64,000 nt of DNA from Nitrosopumilales archaeon. GTDB taxonomy: Archaea; Thermoproteota; Nitrososphaeria; Nitrososphaerales; Nitrososphaeraceae. Positions within the stretch are counted from its first letter, which is position 1. Each line of letters begins with the position of its first letter. The stretch is from NCBI GenBank assembly GCA_044507735.1, contig JBIQJB010000009.1, positions 8,746-72,745 of the forward strand. Reading direction: 5' to 3'. The notes under the pieces were generated by a model that was given only the letters and a program-made list of their open reading frames with translations, searched no databases and was not told where the DNA came from. A program made the position numbers and the translations under genes. Shown here one piece after another: positions 42,640 through 52,962 of the stretch.

Positions 42640-43737
42640 ATGAATGTATCGGAAGTAATGGTAAGAGATGTTATTACACTTACGTCAGAAGACACCGTGG
42701 CCCGGGCCCTAAACATGATGGCCGACAAGTCGATTAACCAGATACCTGTCGTTGACGACGATGGCAAGTACCTTGGTATGATATTTGCAAAGCAACTTTT
42801 GAATTCCAGCGCGCAGCCTTCTTCGAAAGTAAAGAGCTACATTGTCAACACATCGGCGATAAGTCCCGACAAGGGAATTGAAAATGCTGCCAAGCTGGTC
42901 ATTGGCAGCGGAAACAGGGCCCTGCCGGTGGTGGAAAAGGGCAAACTTGTCGGCATCATCAGCGAGACCGACCTTGTTTTGACTGCCGACTTTGGGCACG
43001 CCATAGTGGACGAGGTCATGTCAGGCGCCATCGTAATCGAAGAGGATACTCCGCTTTCTGACGCCATGGCGAAGATACGCCGATACAACATCTCTCGCCT
43101 GCCTGTGATAAACACAAAGGGTGTTCTCAGGGGAACGCTCAGCATCCTTGATATTGGTAGAATAGTTGCGACACCCCGGGAACGCACCAGCAAGTCAGCA
43201 GCAATTTCTGGCATGACGGCAGCGATAAGAGATGTCAAGGTAAAGGATATCATGAGAAGGGCAGCATCAGTCGAGCCGGGCACAAAGCTCAACTCGATAT
43301 TGGATCACTTCAGGCGCAGCGAAGAAGTGATTGTGACAGGCGACGACAGGCCTATGGGCATCGTGACGCCAAAGGACGCACTTGAACTCATGCTCCCGAA
43401 AAAGAACGCAGCTCCTATGATACACATGGCACACCTCGACGACGAGCATGACAGGACAGAGATTCAGGATCAGCTGGACCGCTTTTTCAGAAAGATACAC
43501 GGCAAGCTTGGTGACGTGCGTTCGGTGGTTGTATATGCGGACAAACACAAGACCCGCAAGTATTCGCTCAGGACAAGAGTCATCACATCAAAGGGCGTCA
43601 TTGCGGCCAAGGCAGTGGGCTACGACCCGATCAGCGCGTCAAAAGAGCTCATCGCCAGGCTTGACCGAAGGATAAAGGCGGAGCACAGCCAGCGGGTAAA
43701 GGACAAGAAGCACCGCGAGACTCCTAGAAGAGTTTAA
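42640..43737 (+). CDS. four-CBS protein with a C-terminal HPF/RaiA-like domain
   Basis: Four CBS repeats; tail ...KYSLRTRVIT.KG.I.AKAVGYD..SA.KELIARLDRRI. Confidence 0.8.
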   Translation: MNVSEVMVRDVITLTSEDTVARALNMMADKSINQIPVVDDDGKYLGMIFAKQLLNSSAQPSSKVKSYIVNTSAISPDKGIENAAKLVIGSGNRALPVVEKGKLVGIISETDLVLTADFGHAIVDEVMSGAIVIEEDTPLSDAMAKIRRYNISRLPVINTKGVLRGTLSILDIGRIVATPRERTSKSAAISGMTAAIRDVKVKDIMRRAASVEPGTKLNSILDHFRRSEEVIVTGDDRPMGIVTPKDALELMLPKKNAAPMIHMAHLDDEHDRTEIQDQLDRFFRKIHGKLGDVRSVVVYADKHKTRKYSLRTRVITSKGVIAAKAVGYDPISASKELIARLDRRIKAEHSQRVKDKKHRETPRRV

Positions 43738-43739
43738 GG

Positions 43740-43865
43740 CGCGGATGAGGAGATTCGAACTCCTGATCGCCCGAAGGCGAATCGGCTCTCAAGGCCGACG
43801 CATTATTGTGTTCCCCTCCCTTTCAATCACTGAAAAGAAGGAGAAGACCACTCTGCCACATCCGC
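43740..43865 (-). tRNA. tRNA-Ser(TGA) with a non-canonical D-loop intron (approx. 43805-43846)
   Basis: Acceptor GCGGATG/CATCCGC, anticodon arm TCGGC-CT-TGA-GA-GCCGA, long variable arm and GTTCGAATC. Confidence 0.92.
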
Positions 43866-43991
43866 ACAGCCACCTTCTCTTGCTTTCTTATTATTATATG
43901 TTAATTACTTCTTTCGTTGCATGACAACCCGCAAACAGAAACCTGTTTCAGATAGCTTCGCGACCGATTTTTATATCTGAGATGCGAATGA

Positions 43992-44279
43992 ATGTTGATT
44001 GCCGTGAAAGGCGAACAGAAGTTAAAGTCAATTTCTGTGCTTGTCCCGTTAGAGAGAGTGCAGGCTAGCCTTTCTGAAATCGGGTTTCTGCTTGACGACA
44101 CGGTCACCATTGTCGCCGATGGAAAATTCTGGAGCAAGATGCTCTATGTCAGGGGCGACGAAACTATCAGCGTTTCTGAAGAGATAGGCGACGCCTATCC
44201 AAAGGATCCAATAATAACCATCTGCGGTTCAAGAACGACGATCTCAAAGGTAGTCAAGGACGTAGTCGGTGGAGAATAG
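43992..44279 (+). CDS. hypothetical protein
   Basis: 95-aa ORF ending 6 nt before the next gene, with an SD-like GGTGGAG. Confidence 0.6.
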   Translation: MLIAVKGEQKLKSISVLVPLERVQASLSEIGFLLDDTVTIVADGKFWSKMLYVRGDETISVSEEIGDAYPKDPIITICGSRTTISKVVKDVVGGE

Positions 44280-44285
44280 CAGAAT

Positions 44286-44840
44286 ATGCCATTATACGAG
44301 TGCAACGAGCACCAGTTTGTCGAGAACATCCGGCGCCTGCTCGAGTCAAAGGAAAAATTCGTTGTCAATCGCAAAATAGTCCTGCACGACGACGCCAAGT
44401 ACGGCCCGGCCACCATGCCTGATCCGGAATTCAAGCGGTACGAAGTGCTTTGCACGAGGAAATCTGTCAATTCGACAGTCTATGCAAAGGTACCCTTTAT
44501 CGATAGCTTTCACGGTGGTAGAATGTACGACGAAGGTGAGAACCTGCACGCCGCAAGCGCCCTGATGTTCCCAAGGATGTCCGTGCCCTATTATAGAGTA
44601 GAATACTCTGTCAACGTTTGGGGTGGAACCTACTTTTTTGCATTTGACGCATTATTCAATCCTGAAATAGTGATTGAAAAGAGGACCGGCAGGAGACTGG
44701 GCAAGTCTGGGTCGCTTGTGCACGTCCTCCGCTACAATCCCCCGGAAGAGCGAGTGCTGTCAATAAACCTGCCAAAAGAAGTCATGGTCTTTGACGTCAA
44801 GCACATGGTAAGGGTTATCGATCATTCTTCAAACTTTTAG
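44286..44840 (+). CDS. hypothetical protein
   Basis: 184-aa aromatic/beta-rich ORF; no family recognised. Confidence 0.8.
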   Translation: MPLYECNEHQFVENIRRLLESKEKFVVNRKIVLHDDAKYGPATMPDPEFKRYEVLCTRKSVNSTVYAKVPFIDSFHGGRMYDEGENLHAASALMFPRMSVPYYRVEYSVNVWGGTYFFAFDALFNPEIVIEKRTGRRLGKSGSLVHVLRYNPPEERVLSINLPKEVMVFDVKHMVRVIDHSSNF

Positions 44841-45410
44841 CAGCATCCACTCGAGAAATGGCTGAAGCGAGCTCTTGAACGGAAGTGCCTGTCTATCCTT
44901 CACGTTAAAGCCTAACAGCAGCATCCTCCCTTCGAGTCTATTCTTGAGCGAAGGCGGGATCTGCTCTGGCTTGAAAGGCTGGAAGAGCTCAAAAAAGAAA
45001 CCCTGTCTGTGATATGCGATGTGCTGCGCAAAACAGTCTGACAATATGGCAGGATCGCCGGCCACGCGCATGTCGACATCTGTTTGCATGCCACTATCAA
45101 CCACTATCTGGAGCGATCTTCTCGTATAGTTTTCCCGGGTGAAGCTTGGATCCATCTTTTGGGGGTTGGAGGAATAGAGCCGGATGTCCCTTGCTACCTG
45201 CTCAACGGTGCTCTTGGCGATGTCAGTTGCTGCCTTTACCTCAGTGCTGTCTGCAACACCATAGTCCTTGCCAAATAGGTAGAACGCTGCCATTATCTCT
45301 TCTTTTTCTACGAAGGGGAAATCAATCTGGCCTGCCATGAACTGCTTTACCCTGAAAGAAATGTCGGATGGCATGAAAATGCCCATGTATGAGTCAGAGA
45401 CGACAGGCAT
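44829..45410 (-). CDS. hypothetical protein
   Basis: 193-aa ORF convergent with, and overlapping, the previous gene. Confidence 0.8.
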   Translation of the reverse strand: MPVVSDSYMGIFMPSDISFRVKQFMAGQIDFPFVEKEEIMAAFYLFGKDYGVADSTEVKAATDIAKSTVEQVARDIRLYSSNPQKMDPSFTRENYTRRSLQIVVDSGMQTDVDMRVAGDPAILSDCFAQHIAYHRQGFFFELFQPFKPEQIPPSLKNRLEGRMLLLGFNVKDRQALPFKSSLQPFLEWMLLKV

Positions 45411-46273
45411 TGATTTTCATAGACTAATGCCCACCCATAAATGGTGCGGGATTTTTTCCTCGCGTTAACTTGTACCTTTTCCCCTAGCATCACAAGAGGT
45501 TCGGGCTGGTGATCAATGTGTGCCCCCTGCTGCCGTGGATAGCACCCACAGGGCTTGTTGCATGTGATGTTCAAATGCTGCCGCCGCCATGGCTGCCATT
45601 TTTCTTCTACAGTGTCTTGGAAGTGGAACAGACCTTGCATGTCTCACTATGTGACAGAAGGCGAAGCCCCAGATCGCTTCCCTCCAGACGACGAAGCGGG
45701 CACAAGGGCCTGAAGTCTCTGTCAAATCACAGACGGACATCAAAATGGAACAAGGTCTGAGAGCTAGACCTTGTGTTTGTGTCGGAGATACCACCACATG
45801 AAAACAGATGCTGCAATGCCCGCCATGATTCCTCCATAAAAACATCACATTTCCCACACTAGGGGCAATTGCAGGATCGCCAATGGATATCGCTACCAAC
45901 ACATCATGATTCACTCTGCAATTAATAAGGTCTATGGAGTTCTGGAATGTTATTTGGTTGATTTTGATGCGCCAACGAATCTGACTGCCATTCTGGAATC
46001 CAACAATGTGTAGCTTGGCAACCCTAGTTCCTCTTCAACGAAGTCTTGAATAGAAGAGGGTCTTCCGAACAGTGGATGATGAGCTTTCAGGCCTTCGTCG
46101 TGATTCTGTTGCGTCCTTTCTGTTCCCTGCGACTCTAAACAATTTGCACGACTTTGGAGAGGCAGATGTGGTTATCTGCATTTTACATGTGGGTTCCTTG
46201 CTATAGCGATTTGACTGCCGGGTGTATGATCCCTTCTAAACTCTTTTATTGGCTTTTGCAGCTTTTCCCATTT

Positions 46274-47455
46274 GTGAGACTAGTCATCTATACCGGCAAG
46301 GGGGGTACTGGCAAGACTGTTACTTCTTGTGCTACTGCAATCAAGATGGCAGAGCGCGGCTACAATACTCTTGTTCTTTCGGCCGACCCTGCGCACACCC
46401 TGAGCGACGCCTTTATGATGAAGGAAGTCGGCAACGAGCCGACGCAGGTGGCGCCCAACCTCACTGCGCTCCAGATAGACCCGGTGAGCGAAATGAGCAA
46501 GCAATACGACCCTATCCTGTCGTATATGGCAGCGATATTCTCCGCAAAAGGCATCGACGAAACGCTAGCTTATGAGATCGCGATGCTGCCTGGCATGACA
46601 CAGCTGTTTTCTCTGCTGAAGATACAGGAAGTCGGGCGATCAAAAGCATATGACTGCGTTGTACTGGACATGCCTGCTTCGGGAGAAGCATTGCGCTATC
46701 TGTATTTCCCAAAGCTGGTCGGCAGCATAGGCCGCAAGCTGACTGGTCTTGCAGGCCTCTTTAGCGGCTTTGCCAAGGTATTCCAGCCGGTGGCCAAAAT
46801 ACCTGCGCCAGGCAAGGATGTAATAAAGAGCGAGATGGATTTTCTCGATAGGCTTGACGAGCTTGCCAAGATAATCAGGAATAACGACATTACGAGCATC
46901 AGGCTTGTAGCAAACCCGGACACTTTCAGCATAGAGAACGCCAAGAGGGCGCTCATGTCCGCCAGCCTTTATGGCATTAACGTCGACATGGCGGTGATAA
47001 ACAAGATAATGGCCAGCTCACAAGATGAGTATTATGCCAACTGGGCTCGCTACCAGAAGGACAAGGTGGAAGAGGCAAAGGCAAACTTTTACCCGCTGCC
47101 CGTAAAGGAGGTGCAGCTGTACAACACCGAGCTGCGCGGCATAGACATGCTTCGTAGGCACGGCGACGTGCTATTTGGAAGCGACGGCGACCCTGCCACT
47201 ATATTCTACCGCGGCAAGCCATACAGCTTTGAAAGCGCGGACAACACAATCAACATGAGCGTGCAAGTGCCGTTCACCGAGAAGGATGACTTTTCAATCG
47301 AGCGCTATGGTGACCAGCTGACGCTGAGCGTCAAGACCGCAGCCGGGCAGATAGTGAACATCATACCCCTGCCAATCGCCACCGCGGGAATGAAGCTCGC
47401 CCGAGCAAAACTGATGAACCATGAACTGAACGTGATTTTCGAGAAAAAGTCCTAG
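46274..47455 (+). CDS. ArsA/GET3-family ATPase with a C-terminal HSP20-like domain
   Basis: GKGGTGKT, DPAHTLSD and LPGM; beta-sandwich C-terminus. Confidence 0.9.
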   Translation: MRLVIYTGKGGTGKTVTSCATAIKMAERGYNTLVLSADPAHTLSDAFMMKEVGNEPTQVAPNLTALQIDPVSEMSKQYDPILSYMAAIFSAKGIDETLAYEIAMLPGMTQLFSLLKIQEVGRSKAYDCVVLDMPASGEALRYLYFPKLVGSIGRKLTGLAGLFSGFAKVFQPVAKIPAPGKDVIKSEMDFLDRLDELAKIIRNNDITSIRLVANPDTFSIENAKRALMSASLYGINVDMAVINKIMASSQDEYYANWARYQKDKVEEAKANFYPLPVKEVQLYNTELRGIDMLRRHGDVLFGSDGDPATIFYRGKPYSFESADNTINMSVQVPFTEKDDFSIERYGDQLTLSVKTAAGQIVNIIPLPIATAGMKLARAKLMNHELNVIFEKKS

Positions 47456-47589
47456 AAAGTGATGCGCCGGTCAGACTTTTTCTTCTTCCTTTCGTCAAGC
47501 TGCCATTTTGTTACGAGTATGATGCCAAAGATCGGAAAGCTGGCGATGAAAGCGTAGGGAAAGACCGCCAGAAACGCGGAAGGCTCCAT
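47452..47589 (-). CDS. 45-aa single-TM micro-protein, absent from the ORF track
   Basis: MEPSAFLAVFPYAFIASFPIFGIILVTKWQLDERKKKKSDRRITF. Confidence 0.6.
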   Translation of the reverse strand: MEPSAFLAVFPYAFIASFPIFGIILVTKWQLDERKKKKSDRRITF

Positions 47590-47723
47590 ATCTTATTAGA
47601 GCAATCTGAATTCATCATTATTAAACGCTGCAGAACCGGCTTCGACAATGAGCTTCTCGCGCTACTCGATGTCCAAGAAAAAAGAGTTTATATAATATGG
47701 AACTTGATTAATCTCGATAAAGA

Positions 47724-48260
47724 ATGCCAATAGATCCAGACTTTCCAAGGAATCATCAGGTGATAGGCAAGATCAAGCACGCTGATGGCGAGCACTTCCA
47801 CTATAGGTGGGGCCCCGGCAGTGCAAAGGAAGCTGCAGAAAATGAAGAAGTCAAGGCAGCTTATCAGGCGAGGGGCGAAGAACTGGTCCCACTCGGCGTT
47901 AGTGGAACCATGGTCGCTGTCGACTGGGATTCCTGTGTTGCAGACGGCGCATGTATTGAAGCCTGTCCAGTGCAAGTATTCCAGTGGTACAGGACAGAGC
48001 ATGATGTCCCAGCCGCAGAAGCCCACAACCAGACATTTGCCGGAACTGGTAGCTCTGTCAAGGAAGAGCGCAAGGACTACACCGACAAGGCAGACCCGAT
48101 CAGGGAACATGACTGCATCTGGTGTATGGCATGCGTGTCTGTTTGTCCACCACAGGCTATCAAGGTTGACCAGTCAAATCTGGAGTTCCACGAGAAGGCT
48201 TCAGGCACGTTCAACGAGGCACTCTCGAAGAGCAGCGCCCCGCCACCTCACGCGCACTAA
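47724..48260 (+). CDS. zfx: zinc-containing ferredoxin
   Basis: MPIDPDF N-terminal extension with His; CVADGACIEACP and CIWCMACVSVCP. Confidence 0.92.
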   Translation: MPIDPDFPRNHQVIGKIKHADGEHFHYRWGPGSAKEAAENEEVKAAYQARGEELVPLGVSGTMVAVDWDSCVADGACIEACPVQVFQWYRTEHDVPAAEAHNQTFAGTGSSVKEERKDYTDKADPIREHDCIWCMACVSVCPPQAIKVDQSNLEFHEKASGTFNEALSKSSAPPPHAH

Positions 48261-48309
48261 CTCCTCTCTTTTCTTATTATTTTGTACTTCTTGATCCTTC
48301 CGCCTATCA

Positions 48310-48880
48310 AATACTATCTCTGCTAATTGCAGACAGTGGTCGATTCTCAGCTGTTGCCGCGATGCCAGCCAGCTCCTGAACATGTTGTCGTGGAATTCTG
48401 GAGTCTTGTTTCCCAGTGAAGCGTTTTGCTTGTGCTGTTCTGTCCCTATCTCTCCTCACCCCACAGTCGTCGTGCAGAGATTGCTTGCGCCCCGCCATCC
48501 TCATCTATTTGCCATGTTGTATTGGCACTGACCTTGCGAACATTTCCGGTTGCCTCTGTGCAAGAAAGAATGGAAAGCATAGGCATTGTCTGCCCAACCC
48601 TGCACGCATACATTCAGTTGCAACCAGCACTATCCTGGACTCCGATTTTGGCAGCTGTGTGGGTATCTGCAGCCTTGCTCTTTGACTATTCATCTTTTTC
48701 TCTCTCTAAAATTCTACTCGCCAGTTCTCTTCGAAAAGAATCGTCATCAGGGACAAGACAAAATACGCTATGTTGCCTGACAATGCTGGTCGTTCTGTGA
48801 GTACTGCGCACAGTCACAATCCATTTTTCTCTCTCCTGTTTGCCTCAAATATTGTAGCTGGCCATCTTATGGGATCGTTC
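48310..48880 (-). pseudogene. heavily decayed tnpB-like remnant
   Basis: Frameshifted pieces AGLGRQ, ATGNVRKVSANTTWQ and DCGVRRDRDRTA occur in TnpB order. Confidence 0.4.
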
Positions 48881-48981
48881 ACGCTGAAATAGAGAGCCCA
48901 AACTTGCTCCTGCAAAGCTGGTTGATAAGATGATGATCTGCTCTACTTACTAGAAATAGAAACAAAAAAGAAAAGGGTACG

Positions 48982-50208
48982 TCAGCTGACGTATGCCCGC
49001 TCTGCGTGCTGTGTAACGTCCAGCCCGATGTCTTCCTCTTCGTCCTTGACCTTGAGCCCAATCGTCTTGTCTATTATCTTCATGATGGCGATCGTTCCTC
49101 CAAAGCCCAGTACTGCAGATACGGCAACTCCTACCGCCTGGATTGGCAGCTGCATCGGGTTTCCATACAGCCATCCGTCTGGACCAGCTGGGTTGATCAG
49201 GCTGCTTGCGACCAAGCCTATTGCCAGCGAGCCAACGATGCCTGTAACACCGTGGACTGAGCTGACGTCCAGCGCATCGTCGATCTTTAGGTGCTCTTTG
49301 AGCAAGAGGATCGCAAAGTACGACGCAAAGCCCAGCACTATGCCCAGGAAGAAGGCATTCTGGCCGCTTATGAAGCCGGCAGCTGGTGTTATGCCTGCCA
49401 GACCGCAGATGGCTCCGTTGATTGCTGCTGTTGTAGATGGCTTGCCTGACCTCTTCCAAGAGAGCAGTATCCAGACAAACGCGGATGTCGACGCGCCTAT
49501 TTGCGATGCGAGTATCGCGTTGGCTGCAAGCGCGCCGGATGCGAGGGCACTTCCACCGTTAAAGCCGAACCATCCAAGCCACAGAAGGCTTGCACCAAGA
49601 ACCGCCAGCGGTATGTTGTGCGGCACCATGATGTCCGGTCCAAAGTTCTTTCTCCTTCCAAGAACTAGAGCTGCTGCCAATGAGGCCATTCCTGCGCTGG
49701 TGTGAATCACCATGCCGCCTGCAAAGTCATATACTCCAAATTCTGAAAGCCATCCACCGCCCCATATCCAGTGTGCCAGCGGATAGTAGATGAGAAAGCT
49801 CCAAGCTATGCTGAACACAAAGAATGCACTCCATTTTACCCTCTCTGCAAATGCTCCAGTGATCAGAAGTGGCGTAATTGCTGCAAACATCATCTGGAAG
49901 GTCGCAAAAGTGACGCCTGGAATGGTAGGAGCTATTTCAAGCGGCTCGTCGATTGGAACGTTGTTGAAGAACAGGTAGTCCAGCCCTCCAATAAAGCCTC
50001 CATTTGACGGTCCGAATGTCAGCGTAAAGCCTGCCACGAACCAGATGGTCGAAAGTATTGCCACGCCCGAGAACGTCTGCATTATGACCGAGAGCGAGTT
50101 CTTGAGTCGCAGAAGACCTGCTTCAAAAAAGCCAAGCGCAGGTATCATCAACAGCACAAGACCCGTCGATACAAACATCCATGTAGTATCTCCAGTGTCG
50201 ATCGGCAT
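48982..50208 (-). CDS. amt: ammonium transporter
   Basis: FQMMFAAIT, HWIWGGG, DFAGG..IH, WFGFNGGS and DDALDV..VHG. Confidence 0.97.
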   Translation of the reverse strand: MPIDTGDTTWMFVSTGLVLLMIPALGFFEAGLLRLKNSLSVIMQTFSGVAILSTIWFVAGFTLTFGPSNGGFIGGLDYLFFNNVPIDEPLEIAPTIPGVTFATFQMMFAAITPLLITGAFAERVKWSAFFVFSIAWSFLIYYPLAHWIWGGGWLSEFGVYDFAGGMVIHTSAGMASLAAALVLGRRKNFGPDIMVPHNIPLAVLGASLLWLGWFGFNGGSALASGALAANAILASQIGASTSAFVWILLSWKRSGKPSTTAAINGAICGLAGITPAAGFISGQNAFFLGIVLGFASYFAILLLKEHLKIDDALDVSSVHGVTGIVGSLAIGLVASSLINPAGPDGWLYGNPMQLPIQAVGVAVSAVLGFGGTIAIMKIIDKTIGLKVKDEEEDIGLDVTQHAERAYVS

Positions 50209-50294
50209 TTCCCTTTTGTATTAGGCCGAGATATAGTATAAAAATGTATATGGAACTATGATAATAACATAATATCACAATTCTATGTCATGGA

Positions 50295-51416
50295 TTATTT
50301 CTCAAGTAACTCCCTGATGCTACTCGCGATGTGCTCTACGTCCGACTCACTAACGTGCGGGTGGGTCGGTAGCGACAGAACGTGGTCTGCACTCCACTCT
50401 GTTGCTGGAAGCCTCGTCCCCGGTGCCATTTGCAAGTAATATGGGGTCATGTGTACCGGCGGGTTATAGTAGACTGTCGCACCAATCTGGCCATCTTTGA
50501 CCAACTTCTCCCTTATTGCGTTCCTGTCGTGGTTATTGTTGTTGAACGCAACCGTATAGAGGTACCAGTTGAACTTTTTGTCCGGTGTCTCTTCGGGCAA
50601 CTTTACTCCGTATTTGCTGGCGGGTTGGAGGAGGAGCCGGCTTAGCATCTCTGCGTTGCGTCGCCTGATCTGGAGCATCTTGTCGAGCTTTTCCATCTGG
50701 ACTTTTGCCACTGCGGCACTCAGCTCCGGCAGTCGCAGGTTGAGCCCCAGGACCCTTGTGTCGTAGCCCTCGACCATGCCGTGGTTCCTTATCATTTTCA
50801 GCTTGTCTGCAAGGTCATCACTGTCTGTAGCCACCGCGCCTCCTTCGCCGGCTGTCAGGACTTTGCTTGCATACATGGAAAAGCATCCCATGGCGCCAAA
50901 TGTGCCTGTCTGCTTCTTCTTGTATGTCGAGCCCAAGGACTGACAGGCGTCCTCGATTATGTCGATGGAGTGTTTTTGGGCAACCTCGGCAATCTCATCC
51001 ATGTCGGATGGGTGTCCATATAGGTGCACCGGGATCACGACCTTGGATCTCTTGGTGATCTTTGATTCTAGATCGGATACGTCAATCGTATAATCATCTT
51101 TCTTGATGTCTACAAACACCGGCCTACCTCCTGCCGCCACGACAGCGTTGGCCGTCGCTACGAAGGTGAACGATGGTATGAGTACTTCGTCGCCCTGCTT
51201 TATTCCAGCTGCCATAAGCGCAGCTTGCAGCGCGGCGGTTCCTGAGTTGACTGATATGACATGCTTTGCGTTCAAGTAGCTCCTCATCTGCGCCTCGAAA
51301 TCACGGACCCGCCTGCCTCCATCGCGGGCCGCCGTCGTCAGCGCATTTTCTTCAAGCACACTTGCCACCTCGCGCTTTTCTTCTTCTCCTATCCACGGTT
51401 TGTTAATCGGAATCAT
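50295..51416 (-). CDS. DegT/DnrJ/EryC1/StrS sugar aminotransferase
   Basis: NSGTAAL, PSFTFVAT, PVHLYG, EDACQSLG and GEGG. Confidence 0.94.
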   Translation of the reverse strand: MIPINKPWIGEEEKREVASVLEENALTTAARDGGRRVRDFEAQMRSYLNAKHVISVNSGTAALQAALMAAGIKQGDEVLIPSFTFVATANAVVAAGGRPVFVDIKKDDYTIDVSDLESKITKRSKVVIPVHLYGHPSDMDEIAEVAQKHSIDIIEDACQSLGSTYKKKQTGTFGAMGCFSMYASKVLTAGEGGAVATDSDDLADKLKMIRNHGMVEGYDTRVLGLNLRLPELSAAVAKVQMEKLDKMLQIRRRNAEMLSRLLLQPASKYGVKLPEETPDKKFNWYLYTVAFNNNNHDRNAIREKLVKDGQIGATVYYNPPVHMTPYYLQMAPGTRLPATEWSADHVLSLPTHPHVSESDVEHIASSIRELLEK

Positions 51417-51726
51417 TTCATGCGGTACTTGATGCGTGGTCAACATCTTACCATATAGCGTTTTTGCTTATAATGGGTCTCGTTACAGAACTGACTAACA
51501 TAATGGTTAAGAACGCTGACGGCAGCGATCTAATAATTCGAAAAAGACGAGCTTTGCGGGTTTAGAACTCGACAAACAACGTGTTTTCTTTGGTGATTGT
51601 TGAAAATAGTTCCCAGGATCGGATAGGCAGAGGAGAAAATACCCAGTACTAGAGCATTATTCCGGTATGTTTCTATAGATGGAAATTGCACAACGGCTTT
51701 TAATTTACAAACCTTCTTCTAGTAAA

Positions 51727-52929
51727 ATGGACAGGAAAAAGGTTCTCATTCTTGGGATCGACGGGTACATAGGCTGGAGTCTTGCGATGCATCTCGCCAC
51801 GAGGGGCCACAGGGTAGCCGGAATCGACAATTACTCTCGAAGGAGGAATGTTGCCAAAGTTGGATCGATATCTGCAACTCCAATCCGGGAAATGGAAGAG
51901 AGAATTCATGTTTTCAACTTTACATATCCTGACGCCAAAGGCGGAATCGCCTTCAAAGAAGTAGACCTTTTGGACTATAGCTTTGTAAAAGACTACATCA
52001 AGTGGTTCAGGCCCGACACCGTTGTCCATCTGGGAGAGCAGCCTTCCGCGCCGTTCAGCATGATCGACAGGGAGCATGCAGTCTATACGCAGCACAATAA
52101 TGTGATCGGGAATCTCAATCTGCTTTACGCAATCAAGGAAGTTGTTCCTGACTGCCATCTGCTAAAGCTAGGAACAATGGGAGAATATGGATATGATACC
52201 GAGCTTGAAATCCCCGAAGGATTCTTCGAAGTTGAACACAAGGGAAAAAGAGCTACAGTTCCATTTCCAAGGATGGCCGGCAGCTGGTACCACTGGAGCA
52301 AGGTGCACGACTCTAACAACATAATGTTTGCCTGCAGACTTTGGGGCCTAAGATCTACAGACGTAATGCAGGGAATAGTTTACGGCACAAGAACAAGCCA
52401 AATGGTCTCAGACGAATTGCTGACGAGGTTCGACTTTGACGAATGTTTCGGCACGGCCATTAACAGATTCTGCGCACAAGCTGTCATTGGACACAAACTA
52501 ACTCCCTACGGGAAGGGTGGTCAGAAAAGAGGGTACTTGGCACTGACAGACTCTATACAGTGCCTTACAATAGCCACCGAGAATCCGCCGGAAAAGGGAG
52601 AATACAGGGTATTCAACCAGTTAGACGCGGTCTACAAGATCAACGACCTTGCACTGACCGTTCAAAAGGTAGCCCGCAGGAAGGGCATGGATGTTGAAAT
52701 CGAGCCGGTGGACAATCCAAGAGTCGAAAAGGAGGAACATGTATACAAAGTGCAGGCGGAAAAGCTGAGGAAGCTGGGATTCAAACCAACCAGAGGGTTG
52801 GAAGAAGAAGTTGACATCATGCTCGATGATCTAATGCGGTTCAGAAACAGAATTCTTGCAAAGAAAGAAGTGATAATGCCCAAGGCATACTGGAAACAGG
52901 TAAGCCAACCTCCCATGCTTTCACGATAG
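51727..52929 (+). CDS. sqdB: UDP-sulfoquinovose synthase (SqdB/Agl3)
   Basis: GIDGYIGW, EQPSAPFSM, KLGTMGEYG, GSWYHWSKVHDS and GEYRVFNQ. Confidence 0.93.
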   Translation: MDRKKVLILGIDGYIGWSLAMHLATRGHRVAGIDNYSRRRNVAKVGSISATPIREMEERIHVFNFTYPDAKGGIAFKEVDLLDYSFVKDYIKWFRPDTVVHLGEQPSAPFSMIDREHAVYTQHNNVIGNLNLLYAIKEVVPDCHLLKLGTMGEYGYDTELEIPEGFFEVEHKGKRATVPFPRMAGSWYHWSKVHDSNNIMFACRLWGLRSTDVMQGIVYGTRTSQMVSDELLTRFDFDECFGTAINRFCAQAVIGHKLTPYGKGGQKRGYLALTDSIQCLTIATENPPEKGEYRVFNQLDAVYKINDLALTVQKVARRKGMDVEIEPVDNPRVEKEEHVYKVQAEKLRKLGFKPTRGLEEEVDIMLDDLMRFRNRILAKKEVIMPKAYWKQVSQPPMLSR

Positions 52930-52962
52930 GTCTGCTAGTGTGCAACAGGGAAGGTAAATCAA

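Noticed and set aside
50210-50294. NrpR operator upstream of amt
   Set aside because: No GGAA-N6-TTCC match
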